Positions 27,172 to 32,139 of a stretch of DNA of 32,139 bases are shown piece by piece. Position 1 is the first letter of the stretch, and each line of letters opens with the position of its first letter. The stretch covers positions 1-32,139 of the forward strand of contig RCNQ01000108.1 of assembly GCA_003731675.1 (NCBI GenBank). The letters are read 5' to 3'. The translations under genes were made by a program, and so were the position numbers. This DNA is from Bacteroidetes/Chlorobi group bacterium ChocPot_Mid (GTDB lineage Bacteria > Bacteroidota > Ignavibacteria > Kapaibacteriales > UBA2268). The notes under the pieces were generated by a model that saw only the letters and a list, made by a program, of their open reading frames with translations, was not told the DNA's origin and did not search any database.

Positions 27172-28851
27172 ATGTCTTTGAAAAAATTAAATATAGTTCT
27201 GTTAATTTTCTCCATATCTTTTGGTTTAAATGCCAAACCTTTCACACTATCCGATATTGACAATAAATGCGGTACTTATGTTTCTCAGGAAAAGCAATCA
27301 AAACTTATAAAAAAATTAGCTATTCCTATTGATACTATCAAAGGCAGACCAGTCCTCCAAAAGCAGATAGCAACACCGACCGGTAACTTTTTAATCCATT
27401 ACGACACAACCGGTTATCATTCTGTTAGTTTGACTGACATTAATTCAAATGGCATTCCTGATTATGTTGACTCTGTTATTTACTATTTTGATTATGTTTA
27501 CAAATTTTACATTGATTCAGTCGGTTATATCAAACCACTTTCAGATGAAAGTCTGGGTGGTACAAGTGCCTATGATATCTATCTGATGAATATCGGTGAC
27601 GGCGAACCTGCTTACTATGGAGTAACCCGCAAAGATAAAGAAAAACTTCCACGTGAAAATTTTCCCAAATGGATTTCTCATATAATCATTGACAACGACT
27701 ATAGCCCTTTTGACTCTACTTTCGATATCCATAATAAAAGAAAGCAAACATTCAGTTTGAATAGCTTTGACATTTTGAAGATTACTGTTGCACACGAATT
27801 CCATCATGCTATTCAGATGTCTTATGGTGAACAGGAAATTCCAAAGCCCCTTACAATTTATGAAATGACAAGTACCTGGATGGAATACCGACTCTTCCCC
27901 GAAGTAAAAGATTATCTGCAATACGTCAATGGTCTTTTTACATACCCCGAAGTCTGTCCCTTTGGAAATGGTTTGCCAGAAAACGGTTACAGATGGTCAA
28001 TTTTCGGACACTATATTTATAAATATTTCGGAGATTCTCTTTTACTCAGAACCTGGGAAAAAATCGGTGAAGGAATCAACGCCTATGATGCCCTTAATTC
28101 TGCATTTATGGAAAAAGGAACAAATTTAATGACTGCCTGGTGCAATTTCTTACCTTGGCTTTACTACACAAATGAGAGAGCAATCGAAGGGGAATACTTT
28201 GCTGATGCAAAATTATTTCCATTATTTAGTTTTTACAAAAAGGAAAATTTCAAATCACCATCATTCCTTGACGAAGGGAAAATGCAATCTTTTGAAGTCA
28301 GAGCTTTTCAATGTATATTGCCAACACAAGAAGATAATTCTCTCGATACTTTCAATGTTTTTATTTCAAATACCGATTTGCAATCTGCTATTCGTCAGTA
28401 CGAAAGCAACAAAACATATTCCTTAATCCTTACAGATTTTGAAAATAATCAGTGTCAGCAAATTTCAGGCACTAAATACTTTTTTGGAATTCATGCGGAA
28501 AAAGGTGACATTTGCAACCATACTTTCTTTGTAATGTCTAACCCGGTAAGCATTGTCTATCCCAATCCATACAAGCCACCTTACGATAAATCACTGAATT
28601 TTCCTCTTCCCGATAATGCGGTTATAAGCGATTATGCTGTTCTGACTATCTACTCTGACGATATGCAGAGAATTATCTCAAAAAAGAAAGAAGTTGTTGT
28701 TAATACAACAATCAGAGAAAAGGAAAAACACGACAGAGTACTTTCACTCGATTCATCAGAATTAGAAGATTTAACAAGTGGCGTTTACATCTATTCAATA
28801 GATTACAAAGGTAAAACATCTTATGGTAAATTCGTAATAATAAGAAAATAG
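27172..28851 (+). CDS. Secreted zinc metalloprotease (MXAN_6640-like) with T9SS-type C-terminal domain
   Basis: Signal peptide, KCGT, F.IHYD.TG, DINSNGIPDYVD Ca-binding-like loop, AHEFHHAIQ (HExxH) plus YEMTSTWME, C-terminal VYPNPY...LTSGVYIY...GKFVIIRK. Confidence 0.85.
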   Translation: MSLKKLNIVLLIFSISFGLNAKPFTLSDIDNKCGTYVSQEKQSKLIKKLAIPIDTIKGRPVLQKQIATPTGNFLIHYDTTGYHSVSLTDINSNGIPDYVDSVIYYFDYVYKFYIDSVGYIKPLSDESLGGTSAYDIYLMNIGDGEPAYYGVTRKDKEKLPRENFPKWISHIIIDNDYSPFDSTFDIHNKRKQTFSLNSFDILKITVAHEFHHAIQMSYGEQEIPKPLTIYEMTSTWMEYRLFPEVKDYLQYVNGLFTYPEVCPFGNGLPENGYRWSIFGHYIYKYFGDSLLLRTWEKIGEGINAYDALNSAFMEKGTNLMTAWCNFLPWLYYTNERAIEGEYFADAKLFPLFSFYKKENFKSPSFLDEGKMQSFEVRAFQCILPTQEDNSLDTFNVFISNTDLQSAIRQYESNKTYSLILTDFENNQCQQISGTKYFFGIHAEKGDICNHTFFVMSNPVSIVYPNPYKPPYDKSLNFPLPDNAVISDYAVLTIYSDDMQRIISKKKEVVVNTTIREKEKHDRVLSLDSSELEDLTSGVYIYSIDYKGKTSYGKFVIIRK

Positions 28852-28852
28852 T

Positions 28853-29479
28853 ATGCAAAATTTCAATCTGATAGCACAAGATATTTCAAAAAGTTTCGAA
28901 TCAAAAAAATTCCTTTTTGAAAAAATCAATTTCAATTTATCTAACAGTAATTCCATTGCTATTACTGGTAAAAATGGTTCAGGAAAATCTACTCTTGTAA
29001 AAATTATTGCAGGATTCATCACACCTACCACCGGTGAAATAAATTTCAATATATCAGGAAATTCTATCCTCATGGAAAACTTCAATAACTATTTCGGATT
29101 TGTTTCACCTTACCTTACTCTTTATGAAGAATTTACTGCATTAGAACAAATAAGATTATTCGCCGATTTAAAAGGAATAAATTTCAATGTTAATATAGCC
29201 CATGAACTTTTAGATACTTTTCAACTCACCAATAATAAAAATAAATTTGTTAGAAAATATTCATCAGGTATGAAGCAAAGGTTAAAATTCATCTTAGCAC
29301 TTTACAATAATCCGCAACTACTCATCCTTGACGAGCCATTCTCAAATCTTGATGATTCAGGTATCAATATTGTAATGGAAAAAATAATAAAACATCTTTC
29401 AGATGGGGGTGCAATCATAATTGCCACAAACGATGAACGGGAAAAATCGCTTTGCGAAAATATAATCAACCTCAGTTAA
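28853..29479 (+). CDS. ABC-type ATP-binding protein (CcmA-sized), no adjacent permease
   Basis: Walker A GKNGSGKS, signature YSSGMKQR, Walker B LLILDEP; H-loop position reads IIATND. Confidence 0.92.
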   Translation: MQNFNLIAQDISKSFESKKFLFEKINFNLSNSNSIAITGKNGSGKSTLVKIIAGFITPTTGEINFNISGNSILMENFNNYFGFVSPYLTLYEEFTALEQIRLFADLKGINFNVNIAHELLDTFQLTNNKNKFVRKYSSGMKQRLKFILALYNNPQLLILDEPFSNLDDSGINIVMEKIIKHLSDGGAIIIATNDEREKSLCENIINLS

Positions 29480-29481
29480 AT

Positions 29482-29519
29482 AAAAAAACGGATAATAATA
29501 TTCTCATACTACTATCCGT
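29482..29519 (-). terminator. Rho-independent terminator of atpDC
   Basis: Minus strand ACGGATAGTAGTA-loop-TATTATTATCCGT followed by a T tract; two G:U pairs form only on the minus-strand transcript. Confidence 0.8.
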
Positions 29520-29542
29520 ATTAAATCTTATTAAATAAAATT

Positions 29543-29950
29543 TTAATTTCTTGCTTTTTCTGCAACTTTCAATTTATTCTCAATTTCCAGAACAGCCATT
29601 TCATATTCAGCTGTCTTCTGTGCTTTAAACAATTCCTTTGCCTTTGCAAGTTCACTCCTAATTTCTTCAGAATTCAACTCAGCAGAATCAAATGCACTTT
29701 CAACTAAAATAGAAATCTTGTTACGATGAACTTCAGTAAATCCTGAACCTGTTGCAAATAAAAGCAGTTTACCTGACTCATCAACAATCTTAGTTAATCC
29801 GACATCAAGTGTCGAAACGATTGGAGCATGATTATTCAATATCTGAAAAGGACTTTTACTCCCTGGTACTGATACCGACTGAGCTTTACCTTCATATATA
29901 ACCATCTGCGGTGTAACTATTTCAACATCCAAAATTTTTTCCTGCTCCAT
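29543..29950 (-). CDS. atpC: F1F0 ATP synthase epsilon subunit
   Basis: EIVTP, VPG..SPFQIL.NHAPIVS.L and SGFTEV motifs; downstream of atpD. Confidence 0.97.
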   Translation of the reverse strand: MEQEKILDVEIVTPQMVIYEGKAQSVSVPGSKSPFQILNNHAPIVSTLDVGLTKIVDESGKLLLFATGSGFTEVHRNKISILVESAFDSAELNSEEIRSELAKAKELFKAQKTAEYEMAVLEIENKLKVAEKARN

Positions 29951-29989
29951 TTATTCCTCTTATTAATTTTCAATTACAATATTTAATAA

Positions 29990-31399
<1,410 letters not shown>

Positions 31400-31482
31400 T
31401 TAATAATCCTTCAAATAATATTAAAATTTATATTAATTAATCTATTTCTATTTTGATAAATCATATTTACAAATTTGAGCAA

Positions 31483-31514
31483 CAAATTTAATCAAATAAT
31501 TCATAATAGACAAA
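31483..31514 (-). promoter_or_regulatory. Bacteroidota-type promoter for atpDC
   Basis: Minus strand TTTG (31514-31511), 20-nt spacer, TAAATTTG (31490-31483). Confidence 0.6.
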
Positions 31515-31725
31515 AAATACTATCATTTCAATCAATTTTAATCTCTCAGATTTATTTTTTGTAATCAATCAGTAGTGTTTATTTTATTAAAAAATATTTA
31601 TTTTATCTTTTAAGCCCTTTTTTATCAATGAATTATCCATATTTCAACTTCCGAAATTCCAATATTTATTATTTTTCTAATTTATCAATCATTTGTATAT
31701 TCAATAAATTAAATTTACGAAAAAT

Positions 31726-32139
31726 ATGAAAACTTTAAAAGAATTTGGTGAATCTGGTAATCTTTTAATTGCGGCACACAGAGGTTCTTCCGGTCATGCA
31801 CCTGAAAACACACTCTCTGCTTTTCAACTTGCATGGGTTCAGGGAGCCAACATGATTGAAACAGACATCCAGTTCACTTCAGACAATCACATTGTCGCCG
31901 TCCATGACCACAAACACTTCAAAGGACAAATGATTGACAGCACTTACACATTGAAAGATTACAAAAAACTTGACGCCGGTTCTTGGTTCTCACCCGAATT
32001 CAAAGATGAAAAAGTCCCTGCATTAGAAGAAATCCTTGAATTTGCAAAAAACAAACTTTACATCAATCTTGAACTCAAAGTTTACGATAAACCGATTGAA
32101 TATGAACAAATTGAACTCCTTTTAAAAATCATCTATCAA
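31726..32139 (+). CDS. Glycerophosphodiester phosphodiesterase family protein (runs off window end)
   Basis: Not in ORF track. Hand translation: MKTLKEF...IAAHRGSSGHAPENTLSAF...IETDIQFTSD.HIVAVHD...LDAGSWF...VPALEE...INLELK. Confidence 0.95.
   Translation, partial: MKTLKEFGESGNLLIAAHRGSSGHAPENTLSAFQLAWVQGANMIETDIQFTSDNHIVAVHDHKHFKGQMIDSTYTLKDYKKLDAGSWFSPEFKDEKVPALEEILEFAKNKLYINLELKVYDKPIEYEQIELLLKIIYQ

Noticed and set aside
31400-31725. AT-rich spacer with one TTATCCATA as a possible oriC
   Set aside because: Only a single imperfect DnaA box, and no C-to-G skew switch here.

Overview
AT-rich chromosomal core region of a Gram-negative FCB-group bacterium, probably Kapabacteria/Ignavibacteria-like. 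This taxonomy is inferred from T9SS-type C-terminal domains, TAnnTTTG promoter motifs together with Shine-Dalgarno use, a short-form PurL and a stand-alone atpDC pair. Left to right: partial mreC, mreB, two uncharacterised lipoproteins (one internally duplicated and beta-barrel-like), an FAH-family hydrolase, a class A PBP and a PorE-like OmpA lipoprotein. Then corA, a CoA-binding protein, a Cys-motif hypothetical, a 1340-aa IgGFc-binding/ASH-repeat T9SS cargo with a beta-barrel neighbour, HIT, rsmA, PAP2, purL, a Na+-type hppA, rpmA, rplU, clpX and clpP. A ~700-bp intergenic region follows, holding a decayed IS4-derived miniature element and a dif-like 28-mer where GC skew flips (candidate replication terminus). 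After it come a small secreted protein with a TWGxxK C-terminal tail, an HExxH metalloprotease, an orphan ABC ATPase, atpC, atpD and a partial GDPD. No rRNA, tRNA or CRISPR array was seen. All calls are by-eye; no searches were run.
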